Shown one piece after another: positions 1 to 8,646 of a stretch of DNA of 32,000 nucleotides. Within the stretch, counting starts at the first letter, position 1, and each line of letters opens with the position of its first letter. Under the pieces are notes generated by a model that saw only the letters and a list, made by a program, of their open reading frames with translations, did no database searches and was not told the origin of the DNA. A program made the position numbers and the translations under genes. Origin of the DNA: Candidatus Jordarchaeales archaeon (GTDB taxonomy: Archaea > Asgardarchaeota > Jordiarchaeia > Jordiarchaeales > Freyrarchaeaceae); NCBI GenBank assembly GCA_038858525.1, contig JAWCFL010000009.1, positions 19,937-51,936 of the forward strand. Reading direction: 5' to 3'.

Positions 1-1435
1 CCACCACGAACTCAAGCCCCCTTTCCCCGCCACGCAACCTTTCCGAGCTAATCTCCTTATTGAAGACGCCGGTGACATCAATTAATCCCGCCTTCAGCGC
101 TTCCGCCAGAAAGTCCACCATGGCTGAGCCGCATATTCCGCGAGGCTTCCCGCCATCTATAGTCCTGTATTCAACCTCAAGGTCCTCTTTTATGCTTATC
201 CTCTCGATAGCTCCAGTGGCCGCCCTCATTCCGTGCCTTATATGTGCCCCCTCGAATGCTGGGCCCGAGGCGCAGGAGCACGCCAGTATCTCCTCCTTAT
301 TTCCCAAGATGACCTCCGTGTTCGTTCCAATATCTATTGCTAAACATATCTCGTCTCTTTTGTAGATCTCCGTTGCCAGTAGCACCCCTGTGGTGTCGGC
401 GCCCACGAATCCCCCTATAATGGGGAGAAAGTAAACGTTGCCGCTCGGGTTAATTTTCACTCCGAGACTACGAGCGGTGACGTTTACACCCTTTCTATTG
501 GCGGGCGTATAAGGTGACAAAGCTAGATACCTTGGACAGATGCCTAAGGCAAGATGATGCATTGCAGTGTTGCCAACAGCGACCATCTCGTACACTTCTT
601 CTCTCTTCACGCCAGTCTTTTCCAGGAGGGAGCCAAGTATTTGGTTTATAGCGCCAATAACGGCCCTTTGAAGCCTTCTCTGTTCTCTTGACCCCCTAGA
701 TGCATACGTGATCCGAGCTATGACGTCCTCACCATAAGGTATCTGTGGATTCATCAAGGAGTCAACGGCGACAACCCGTCCACTGGAAAGGTCAAGCAGG
801 TATCCGGCGAGCTTAGTTGTTCCTATGTCGACAGCATAACCAAACATCCTCCTGGTCGTGTCACCAGCCTCCACACTTATAATCCTATCATTCCACAAAA
901 CGACTGTCACGTTCCACCCCTTCCTTCTGAGAATCGCCGGCATAACCTGTAAAGCATGAAAGTCGATATCCACGCTTTGAAGCCCCTTCTGGCGCCTTAA
1001 CTCGTCCAGCAGTATTTCGGCGTCAGGTCGGGGGTCGCTGAGAGACGGCTTCGACAGCTTTAGAAAATACTTACGCAGTGGAGGATTCAACTTTACCAGT
1101 GTTTCTATTCCCTCAACCTGAAGCCGTTGCCGCCCCGTCCTACTCTCCTCAGGTATCTTAACGGTAACTGGGCCATTAATCACCGTGCAGCACGCCAGCC
1201 TATACCCCTCAGCGATCTCGGCGGAGGAAAGTTTCTTTTTCTCTTTTTCAGTTAGGGGTGAAATGTTTCTCCTATCTTCAATCACCACCTTACACTTTCC
1301 ACATATCCCTCTACCACCGCATATCGATGTGAGATCTACGCCTGCAAGTTTAGCTATTTCTAGCAGGTTTTCGCCGAGCTTTATGGGAACACGCTTCCCC
1401 TCCGGTTGAAAAACAACGCTTCCCTCCTTAGACAT
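1..1435 (-). CDS. Corrinoid reductive activator, RACo/ASKHA (DUF4445) type with N-terminal [2Fe-2S] domain; 3' end runs off the window
   Basis: Absent from the ORF track because it has no stop in the window. Manual translation from ATG 1435 gives MSKEGSVVFQPEGKRV...SICGGRGICGKCKV...GYRLACC (2Fe-2S), YAVDIGTTKLAGYL and AIDIGTNTE (ASKHA phosphate loops), and CASGPAFEGAHIRHGMRA. RBS-like GGTGGAG upstream. Confidence 0.93.
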   Translation of the reverse strand, partial: MSKEGSVVFQPEGKRVPIKLGENLLEIAKLAGVDLTSICGGRGICGKCKVVIEDRRNISPLTEKEKKKLSSAEIAEGYRLACCTVINGPVTVKIPEESRTGRQRLQVEGIETLVKLNPPLRKYFLKLSKPSLSDPRPDAEILLDELRRQKGLQSVDIDFHALQVMPAILRRKGWNVTVVLWNDRIISVEAGDTTRRMFGYAVDIGTTKLAGYLLDLSSGRVVAVDSLMNPQIPYGEDVIARITYASRGSREQRRLQRAVIGAINQILGSLLEKTGVKREEVYEMVAVGNTAMHHLALGICPRYLALSPYTPANRKGVNVTARSLGVKINPSGNVYFLPIIGGFVGADTTGVLLATEIYKRDEICLAIDIGTNTEVILGNKEEILACSCASGPAFEGAHIRHGMRAATGAIERISIKEDLEVEYRTIDGGKPRGICGSAMVDFLAEALKAGLIDVTGVFNKEISSERLRGGERGLEFVV

Positions 1436-1472
1436 GCCACTCCACCCTCTTCCGTCGTCGCTTAAAGCTTAA

Positions 1473-1605
1473 TTTTTAAAACGTTTTTTAAAGGTGCGTT
1501 CAGGTAACATAGTCATTAATTTATAAGTTGACACAGTTTTCAAATCGAAACCATCAAGGTGAATCATGCCTCTTCAGTTTCCTGAAACAAAATTTTTTAT
1601 ATAAA
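1473..1605. promoter_or_regulatory. Divergent promoter region: minus-strand TATA-like TTTAAAAA (1473-1480), plus-strand TTTATATA (1596-1603), palindromes AAAACGTTTT (1478-1487) and TTCAG-N4-CTGAA (1573-1586)
   Basis: Motifs read directly; spacing to both start codons fits archaeal promoters. Confidence 0.55.
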
Positions 1606-1637
1606 TGACCTAAGATGATTGAAGTTGGGTGAGGAGG

Positions 1638-3143
1638 ATGCCTAGAACAGGTGTTCCTTTACCATCAAGGAATCGATTATGGAGAGTGCTGGATAGGGAG
1701 GAGCTGGAGATAATAGACGCGGCGGCTTACAAGATCCTAAAGGATGTCGGCGTCTTCATCGATGACAATGAGCTGTTGAAGATGGCGGAGGAGATGGGTT
1801 GTAGCGTTAACTATGAAAAGAAGATCGTTACGGACATACCGGAACACGTTGTCAGGGAGCAGGTTCGTAAGGCGCCTAGAAGTTTTCTTCTAGCTGGAAG
1901 GGACCCTGAATGGGACGTCGAAGTCGAGGGGCCAGCGCGCAGGCAGTACTGGGCTCCGGAGAGCGGTGCAACGGACGTCCTCGTGTGGGATGAAAAAAGC
2001 AGGAAGTATTATCGTAGGAGGGCAAGCTCGAAGGACACGCTCTACGCCGCGAAAATCGTGGATGGAATCGATGACTTCGACGTTAACGTGTACATATATG
2101 ATGCAGCGGAGGAGGGACATCAAGGGTTGCCCTCAGAGCTTAACAAGATGAACGCGATGCTTCAGGGAACTACGAAGTGGGCGGGGCACCTTTGTACGAC
2201 GGTCTCAACAATAGAGGAGTACGATTACGTTGAGAAACTAGCCGCTGAGGTAGCTGGAGGAGAAGAGGAGTTAAGAAAAAGGCCGCTGTTCTGGACTGTT
2301 TACAACTACATTGGTACTTTGCAGCTAAACAGGTTTAACAGTTGGCTGCTTCGAGCATCCATAAAGTACCATTGGCCCATAATGCCTGCTGTAACCGCAG
2401 CTGCGCCGCTCATGGGGCCGGCTATGGCTGCCGGGAACACCGCTATCTCGCACGCGGGAATACTCTTCATGACAGCCCTCAAACAGTTCCACGATCCCGG
2501 AGCAGCAGTGGTTCCAAACAACATAGTTTTTAGTCTAGACCCCATGACGGGAAGGGGAGGAGCGCATGTTCCACACTTCATGCTGGGGACGTGCGCCATG
2601 AATCAGCTGTGGCATGAGCTTTACGGGCTCCCAACAGCACAGTATGGAGGAACTTTCGCCGCAAGCCTCGACCAACAAGCCTTCAACCTTGCAAGATACT
2701 TGACGCTACAAGTCATTTCCGGGACGGATTTCATATTTGAGCAATGTGGAGGCGAAGCCTTCGACCCGGCGCTGATACCCATCTGCGCCGAAATAGCAAG
2801 GATGGGTAGAACCCTCATGTCCACCTTCCATCAGATCTACCCAACACCTGAAAACCTTGCCCTTGACGTTGCTAAGGAAGTGGGCGCCAAGGGCGAGAAG
2901 TGGATGACGCACAAATACAACCTTGACCGCCTTAAAATGTTCCCGTCAGGCTTCTGCCTGGACACTGACGCCTTCGACACGTGGCTCGGAAAGGGGGCGC
3001 GCTCATGGGTTTACGACCTCTGCAGGGAGAAGTTGAAAGAGCTGGAGAAGCATGAGCCAAAGCCGCTACCTAAAGATGTCGTTGAACGAATGAACGCCAT
3101 AGTCAAGGAAGGAAACGAGAAATTGAGGGTGAGAGTGGGATGA
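1638..3143 (+). CDS. Trimethylamine methyltransferase (MttB) superfamily MT1, pyrrolysine-free
   Basis: MttB-like N-terminus (LDREELEIIDAAAYKILKDVGV, VRKAPRSFLLAGRDPEWD) and C-terminus (FDTWLGKG...KELEKHEPKPLPKDV). No in-frame TAG. ATG 1638 follows RBS GGTGAGGAGG; the ORF track starts at GTG 1629. Confidence 0.88.
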   Translation: MPRTGVPLPSRNRLWRVLDREELEIIDAAAYKILKDVGVFIDDNELLKMAEEMGCSVNYEKKIVTDIPEHVVREQVRKAPRSFLLAGRDPEWDVEVEGPARRQYWAPESGATDVLVWDEKSRKYYRRRASSKDTLYAAKIVDGIDDFDVNVYIYDAAEEGHQGLPSELNKMNAMLQGTTKWAGHLCTTVSTIEEYDYVEKLAAEVAGGEEELRKRPLFWTVYNYIGTLQLNRFNSWLLRASIKYHWPIMPAVTAAAPLMGPAMAAGNTAISHAGILFMTALKQFHDPGAAVVPNNIVFSLDPMTGRGGAHVPHFMLGTCAMNQLWHELYGLPTAQYGGTFAASLDQQAFNLARYLTLQVISGTDFIFEQCGGEAFDPALIPICAEIARMGRTLMSTFHQIYPTPENLALDVAKEVGAKGEKWMTHKYNLDRLKMFPSGFCLDTDAFDTWLGKGARSWVYDLCREKLKELEKHEPKPLPKDVVERMNAIVKEGNEKLRVRVG

Positions 3144-3832
3144 GCGTTAATAAGGAGGTAATTTTGAAGAAGCTAGCTGAGGCGGTCATAAACTTCGACG
3201 AAGCGGCTGCCATGGCTGCAGTAAGTGAAGCCATATCCGCCCAAATAGACCCGGTAGAAGCAATCACGAGAGGACTCACAGCCGGAATAAAGGAAGTCGG
3301 CGACAAGTTTGGCAGAGGCGAAATCCCGCTGCCCTTCCTGATGCTCGCCGCGCAAGTCATGGAAAAAGCGACGAACGAGCTCCTCAAATACGTGCCGGAG
3401 GACAAAAGGCCAGAGCCACTCGGCGTAATGGTATTAGGAACAGTCGAAGGAGACATCCACAACTTGGGAACAAACATCGTTACGGCAGTGTTTACCGCGG
3501 CAGGATTCAAAGTGTACAACATTGGTGTGGACCAGCCGGTGGAGAACTTCATAAAGAAGGCTGAAGAGGTCAACGCGGACATCATAGGTGCCTCCGCATT
3601 GATGAGCAACACTCTTCAACAGCAAAAGTTCTTGGGCGAAGCCCTGAAAAAGAGGGGCATCAGGGACAAGTACATCTACATGGTGGGTGGCGGGGCATTC
3701 CCAGGCGAAGAGTGGTGCAGAGAGTGCGGAGCCGACGACTACGCCACAGACGTAATGATAGCTCTCGAAAAAGCCAAGAACCTTCTTGCAGAACGAAAGG
3801 GAAGGAAAACAAAAACAGCAAAAAGAAAGTAA
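3140..3832 (+). CDS. Methyltransferase cognate corrinoid protein (MttC/MtaC-like, B12-binding)
   Basis: Cap domain plus GTVEGDIHNLG (DxHxxG), GASALM and YMVGGG. ATGA overlap with the MT1 stop indicates translational coupling. Confidence 0.93.
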   Translation: MSVNKEVILKKLAEAVINFDEAAAMAAVSEAISAQIDPVEAITRGLTAGIKEVGDKFGRGEIPLPFLMLAAQVMEKATNELLKYVPEDKRPEPLGVMVLGTVEGDIHNLGTNIVTAVFTAAGFKVYNIGVDQPVENFIKKAEEVNADIIGASALMSNTLQQQKFLGEALKKRGIRDKYIYMVGGGAFPGEEWCRECGADDYATDVMIALEKAKNLLAERKGRKTKTAKRK

Positions 3833-3837
3833 GCACG

Positions 3838-3866
3838 CCTTTTTTCCTCATTTCCCTCCAAATGAC
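3838..3866. terminator. Probable oligo-T terminator between convergent genes
   Basis: CCTTTTTTCC pyrimidine run right after the 3832 stop. Confidence 0.35.
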
Positions 3867-5585
3867 CTAATCTGAGACCGGGCATAATCCTGTCAGTTTT
3901 TTACTTACCTCGCTGAGCTCCTCCTCTTCTTTTAGTACTTTCCTGATTTTTTCGTCGAGCACTCGTTTTCTTTCCTTCATTTTTGCCTCGTCCATTTTTC
4001 TTACTTCGCTCATTTTCGCGACGACTGCGTCGTCCACCCGCAGGATCATAGTAGCGAACTCGTATGCCGCCATGATCGCGCGCCGCTTAACTTCAAAAAC
4101 GTCAAATAATCCATTTTCGACTGTGTCGACAATTTCACGATTGACGGCGTCAACCCCAAAGTTCCTGTTTCCGCCAGCGTGTTTAGCTTGCAGCTCTGGC
4201 AAAACGTCGTTAGCCTTAAGCCCAGCGTTGTCAGCGAGCATCTTTGGAATGGCTTCGATCGCCCTTGCAAACGCCTCTATAGCTAGTTGTTCTTTCCCTA
4301 TAAAGGACCTCGAAAACCTCCTTAGTTCCCTAGAAACTTCAACTTCGGTAGCACCGCCACCCGGCAAAATTTTCCCTCCCTTAGCTGCAAGGGACAGGGC
4401 TTTAACCCCGTTCTTAATGGTTCTCTCAAGTTCTTCGACAACCTCCACGGTTCCCCCCCTTAACAACAGCGTCACGGCGGTCGAGTTCCCGCAGCATTCT
4501 AGGAAAAGCATTTCGTCGCCGGCAACTTTTCGGAATTCTACAAGCTTCGCGAAGCCTAAGTCTCCCCCCGTTAAGTCCTTCACGTATGAGACGATTCTCC
4601 CTCCGGTCGCCCTTGCAAGCCTAGCCATGTCCTTCTCTGAAACAAGTTCAAACGCCAAAACACCCTCCCTTGCAAAGTAATCAACTAACCTTTCACTAAT
4701 CCTTTTACGGCAAAAAACAACGGATGCCCCCGCACTCTTCACTCTACTTACAATATCCCCATAGATCTCTTTCTCCCCATCGATAAAAGTTGCTAGTTGC
4801 TCTCTCCTGTCAACCAAATACTCCTTTTTCCATTCATCGCTTTTTCGCAGGAAAGGATGAAGCGAGCAGTTCAGCAATGCAACCTTCACATTAGTCATCT
4901 TGTCCGGCATCTTTGGATGAGGTTTCCCTCTGTTTATAACTACTCCACAAAACAATTCAGAGGCATTTACATCGCAACCCGTTTTCTTGACAAAACAGAC
5001 CCTATCTTCAACGGGCATTCCTTCCGTTTTTTCTGCAGAGACAAGCCTAACCGCTTTGACAATCAGATCAGCAACGTATTCTTGGACGTTCCCGCTGAAG
5101 CTGCTTCCGAGAAAAGTCCTCGCGACACTTTTCATAAGCACATCGTTCTCGGTTGAAAAGCTGATCGCGAGCGCCTCCAGAACCTCCATGGCTTTACTAG
5201 CTGCCTTTCTGTACCCCTCAGCTATAGTTGTAGCGTGAATTTTTTGGTCCAGCAGTTTCTCAGCCTCTCTCAGCAATGCTCCTGTAAGTATCACGACGGT
5301 CTTCGTTCCATCACCGGCAAATTCACTCTGAGTCCTAGCGACGCCTATTAAGCCTCTAGCGACGGGATGAGAAACCCTCAGCCTCTCCAGCATTGCCCTC
5401 CCGTTGCTCGTCACGAACACATCCCCTGTCTCAGCAACCATCATTTTGCTCATTCCCATAGGACCAAGCATGGTCCTCAGGATCTCGGATATAACTACTG
5501 CAACAGCAATGTTCGTCCTCCTAACATCCCTCCATCTACTATAACCTCTAGATAGAACCGAAGTCAACTCACCGCTCAGCGCCAT
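3867..5585 (-). CDS. Divergent group II chaperonin (thermosome/TCP-1 family), predicted hydrolysis-deficient
   Basis: LGPMGMSKM, GDGTKT, LRGGT, PGGGATE, NAG and ATMILRVDD motifs; both catalytic Asp positions read as Asn. Confidence 0.92.
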   Translation of the reverse strand: MALSGELTSVLSRGYSRWRDVRRTNIAVAVVISEILRTMLGPMGMSKMMVAETGDVFVTSNGRAMLERLRVSHPVARGLIGVARTQSEFAGDGTKTVVILTGALLREAEKLLDQKIHATTIAEGYRKAASKAMEVLEALAISFSTENDVLMKSVARTFLGSSFSGNVQEYVADLIVKAVRLVSAEKTEGMPVEDRVCFVKKTGCDVNASELFCGVVINRGKPHPKMPDKMTNVKVALLNCSLHPFLRKSDEWKKEYLVDRREQLATFIDGEKEIYGDIVSRVKSAGASVVFCRKRISERLVDYFAREGVLAFELVSEKDMARLARATGGRIVSYVKDLTGGDLGFAKLVEFRKVAGDEMLFLECCGNSTAVTLLLRGGTVEVVEELERTIKNGVKALSLAAKGGKILPGGGATEVEVSRELRRFSRSFIGKEQLAIEAFARAIEAIPKMLADNAGLKANDVLPELQAKHAGGNRNFGVDAVNREIVDTVENGLFDVFEVKRRAIMAAYEFATMILRVDDAVVAKMSEVRKMDEAKMKERKRVLDEKIRKVLKEEEELSEVSKKLTGLCPVSD

Positions 5586-5638
5586 CCTGATCCCCCAAAA
5601 AGGAAAGAAACATTATTCTGAATCAAGAACTATACCCC

Positions 5639-6556
5639 TTATTCTATTGTGGCTATTTTGTTAAGGTTGTAGAATGGATGATTGGCTGCCGGCTTAACAC
5701 CCCACTCTTGCCATGAGGTATACGCCGCGTAAGCGTTCGCAAGCGCTACGACAGGATATATCTTCGCCGCGTTCTGTATTGGGCCATACAAGAGAAAGTC
5801 TGCACCCATTATTACAGGTATAAGGTTCGCCAGAATAGTGCCCGAGAACCTTACACTCGGACTCAATTTTGTACGCTTGCGCCAGATGTCGATGGCGTTA
5901 TGCGCGCCACAACCCGCCGGGTAACCATACTTTTCCTTGACCAAATAAATCGCCTTAGATACAGGGCCAGGGTCTAGAATATCAAAAATAGCTGTATCTA
6001 TAAGGACGTTTTCCACGCCCGCAGCTGAAGACTTACGTAGTAACTCGTCAATCACCTCGAATTTCCCACTAAGAAGCGGGTTCCTAGTGTTAAGAAGCAG
6101 TAACACTGCAGACTTAATTCCGGCATCCTTGAGCGCGCGAAGCTCGTCTTCTTTTATTTCTGGGCTAATAGAATTATATATGACACGCTTTGACAATCCA
6201 GTCTCCATAACATATCTGGATCCCGCCATCCTAACATCAGCCGTCGTCCCATCAATACAAAAAGGCCCCTCCACCACGTCAGCCACGAAATCGATAAATC
6301 TCTCAAACGCCTTAGGATAAGAAGCGCAAACATCCACGATTCGTGGATTCCCTGTTCTAAGAGATATCTCCTCCTCCTTCATCAACACTTCCTCAGCAGC
6401 GGCTTTGTCGAAAACACCCTCCCTCTCATCCGTGACAAGCTTATCGCCATGATAGAAAATGGTTCCAATCATTACTGTGGGAACTTGCCCCGGCTGGCCG
6501 CCAATCCTAATACCAGCGATATTAAACGTTTTTTGCTCCACCCCAAACTTGAACAT
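5639..6556 (-). CDS. mtrH: MtrH-family methylcorrinoid:tetrahydropterin methyltransferase (MT2)
   Basis: MFKFGVEQKTFNIAGIRIGGQPGQVPTVMIGTIFY, GCGAHNA and GADFLLYGPI are MtrH signatures. ATG 6556 follows GGAGTGAGGTGG. No other mtr subunits adjacent, so it is a stand-alone MtrH-like paralog. Confidence 0.88.
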   Translation of the reverse strand: MFKFGVEQKTFNIAGIRIGGQPGQVPTVMIGTIFYHGDKLVTDEREGVFDKAAAEEVLMKEEEISLRTGNPRIVDVCASYPKAFERFIDFVADVVEGPFCIDGTTADVRMAGSRYVMETGLSKRVIYNSISPEIKEDELRALKDAGIKSAVLLLLNTRNPLLSGKFEVIDELLRKSSAAGVENVLIDTAIFDILDPGPVSKAIYLVKEKYGYPAGCGAHNAIDIWRKRTKLSPSVRFSGTILANLIPVIMGADFLLYGPIQNAAKIYPVVALANAYAAYTSWQEWGVKPAANHPFYNLNKIATIE

Positions 6557-6788
6557 TAAAGCCACCTCACTCCTTCCTTACACCCTCGACCCCGCACCTA
6601 TCATCATTGATCATTTTTCCACTCACACCTTCAAGAGGAGAAAGCAAAGTCAAATAAAGCTTAAGATCAAAACATCCACTCATTTATTAACAAATAAGAG
6701 CTCTAAGTTTTTCTTTTTTAGTCCTATTTGATCAAGAAATTATACTTTCTAGAACCAATGTGACCATCAAAAATACATGGGAAAACTC

Positions 6789-7490
6789 TTATAACATGTA
6801 GATTTTCGAGGTGCAGTAGGGCTTGTCAAACTCTAACAAGGCGTAATCCCACTCGTAGCCTGTGACGCCCCTGAAATACCTGCACATTCCAGAAGACGCC
6901 GGGCAATATGGTCTACCATCCACCCTCCTAAGGCCTTCATTCAACATCTGCCTACAAACATCTATAAAGTAACAATTTATGAAGAACATGTCTAGTGTTC
7001 CGTCATCATTCACTCTATAACCGCTTCCATCATTGGGGTTAATCTTCAAACTTCGCGTCATCTTATTCATGTCCAAAAGAACTTTTTCTACGTCAATTTT
7101 CACGTCTCGTCTCGCACCCCCAACGAACCCTTTAGCCCATTTAAGTTCACTTATCTGGATTGCGGCTCCGATACTGCCCTGAAGCTCAACCTCCGCTCTG
7201 ATCTCGGCATAAAGTAATGCGCAGTATGGTCTAGGATACTTCCCCATTATCGACATCAAATACCCTGCCAGCTGCTCTAGCGTTTCGATGTCACTGGGCG
7301 CACGCTCACCAGTTTTACCAGAAATAAATTTCAGCGCGTACTCGACGGCTTTTTTGGAAAAAACCGAGCCGTAAACCTCTTCATTGCTTTTTATTCCGGC
7401 AATAAGTACTCTAACTAGCATATCAGGATCCAATGGCTCGTTTTCCAGAATCCGGAATCCCATCTCCTTAAACTTCTCCATAAAGCTCAT
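6789..7490 (-). CDS. Hypothetical protein with a C-terminal Cys-containing V4R/MetOD1-like domain
   Basis: Long clean ORF with RBS GGTGGA before ATG 7490; C-terminal pattern NCYFIDVC...YCP...C...YC. The fold call is a tentative visual match. Confidence 0.55.
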   Translation of the reverse strand: MSFMEKFKEMGFRILENEPLDPDMLVRVLIAGIKSNEEVYGSVFSKKAVEYALKFISGKTGERAPSDIETLEQLAGYLMSIMGKYPRPYCALLYAEIRAEVELQGSIGAAIQISELKWAKGFVGGARRDVKIDVEKVLLDMNKMTRSLKINPNDGSGYRVNDDGTLDMFFINCYFIDVCRQMLNEGLRRVDGRPYCPASSGMCRYFRGVTGYEWDYALLEFDKPYCTSKIYML

Positions 7491-7815
7491 GTTTTCCACC
7501 TTCCAAATTTATAGAAACGTGCAAGAGATATGTTTCTTTCTCAAAGAATATAAAAATTATTTGTATTAAAAAATAGAAATTCGGAAAATACTGTTAGATC
7601 GTCTCTTAGCAGAATGCCTAAGTTGGAAGCAGAAGAAATACTATTGGGGAGAACAAGGAAATTAACTTGCTTCCAGCTTTGAGAACATTCGGGAAGCTGA
7701 ACAAGCCCTTTCATAAAAGGAGAACAATTAGGAGGTAAACGGCATATCTTCACAAACATAAAGCATATTTTATTTAAACTCTAATAAACTTTAAACTATT
7801 ATTTGAGCGTATAGA

Positions 7816-8541
7816 ATGGGGTGGCGGGTGATGGTGTGTGATTCCAAGAAGCTTGCAAGGGGAAGGAAGGAAGAGGTAAAGCGTCGTCTCTTGTTTGAGC
7901 TGATTAGGTGTTCGAGGAGAAGCGACAAGGAACTATCTAAGGTTATAGGGTGTACGCGTGCAACCGTTTACCGGAGGAGAAAGGAGCTGGAGAAGGAGGG
8001 TCTAATAAGGGAGTATACTGTTATTCCTGACTTAGCTAAAATGGGATACGAGATATGTGCGTTCATATTTCTGAGCTGGAGGGAGCATCCGAATGAAGAT
8101 GAACTTGCAATTGGAAGAGAGTGGCTTGCAAGTGTGCCAAACATACTTTTTTGTTCGGCTGGCGAGGGGTTGGCTACCAACATTGTCGTGTCTTTGCATA
8201 AGAACTTCGCTGATTTTTCTTCTTTCATTGATTTTCTGAGGCGTTCTTCTCAGCCTAAACTTGACAATCTACAATTTTTCATAGTTCCTTTAACGAGGAC
8301 GGACTCCATATATAAGAACTTCTCTTTCCGCACGCTCACACATGAAAAATCAGGCACCCAAGCTTACAGTGGCGTTGGAGTTAAGAAGAACGAAGCATGT
8401 ATATGTTACAAGGAGCACACCATATTCACTCTAAAAAACATGAAATATGAAATGGATAAATTTGAACGCATAACAAATAATAACTTTAGAGAGAGCATAC
8501 TAAGGCATGTCGCCTCCAGTCTTCCTTCTAGACGTTGTTAG
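7816..8541 (+). CDS. Lrp/AsnC family transcriptional regulator
   Basis: HTH segment LIRCSRRSDKELSKVIGCTRATVYRRRKELEKEGLIREYTVIPDLAKMGY; upstream TTTAAA elements. Confidence 0.88.
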   Translation: MGWRVMVCDSKKLARGRKEEVKRRLLFELIRCSRRSDKELSKVIGCTRATVYRRRKELEKEGLIREYTVIPDLAKMGYEICAFIFLSWREHPNEDELAIGREWLASVPNILFCSAGEGLATNIVVSLHKNFADFSSFIDFLRRSSQPKLDNLQFFIVPLTRTDSIYKNFSFRTLTHEKSGTQAYSGVGVKKNEACICYKEHTIFTLKNMKYEMDKFERITNNNFRESILRHVASSLPSRRC

Positions 8542-8646
8542 TCTCTTCATCAAAAATTGATCTCTTTATGAGGTGGCGGTGGAAAGGAAATCCTTTTAAG
8601 GTAGTGTTCTTCTTGGGCTTAGTGAACCAATTGAGGAGGGAGCGTT

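Noticed and set aside
1436-1637. Cobalamin riboswitch upstream of the B12-dependent genes (also checked 29317-29490)
   Set aside because: No B12-box or conserved core was seen and the predicted leaders are too short.
1638-3143. Pyrrolysine (amber) decoding in the MttB- and MtmB-family genes
   Set aside because: Neither gene has an in-frame TAG, no pyl genes are in the window, and TAG serves as an ordinary stop at family-typical ends (for example 27961 and 31845).
5639-6556. Evidence for methanogenesis from mtrH
   Set aside because: Only stand-alone MtrH-like genes occur, without mtrA-G or mcr; such proteins also act as MT2 in non-methanogens.
7541-7759. 72-aa minus-strand ORF between the V4R-like gene and Lrp
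   Set aside because: No recognisable motif and it sits in an AT-rich regulatory spacer; a remnant or small gene cannot be excluded without a search.
5586-8600. Apparently lower GC block suggesting horizontal acquisition
   Set aside because: Visual impression only; no integrase, tRNA or flanking repeats were seen. It needs a sliding-window GC and codon-usage calculation.
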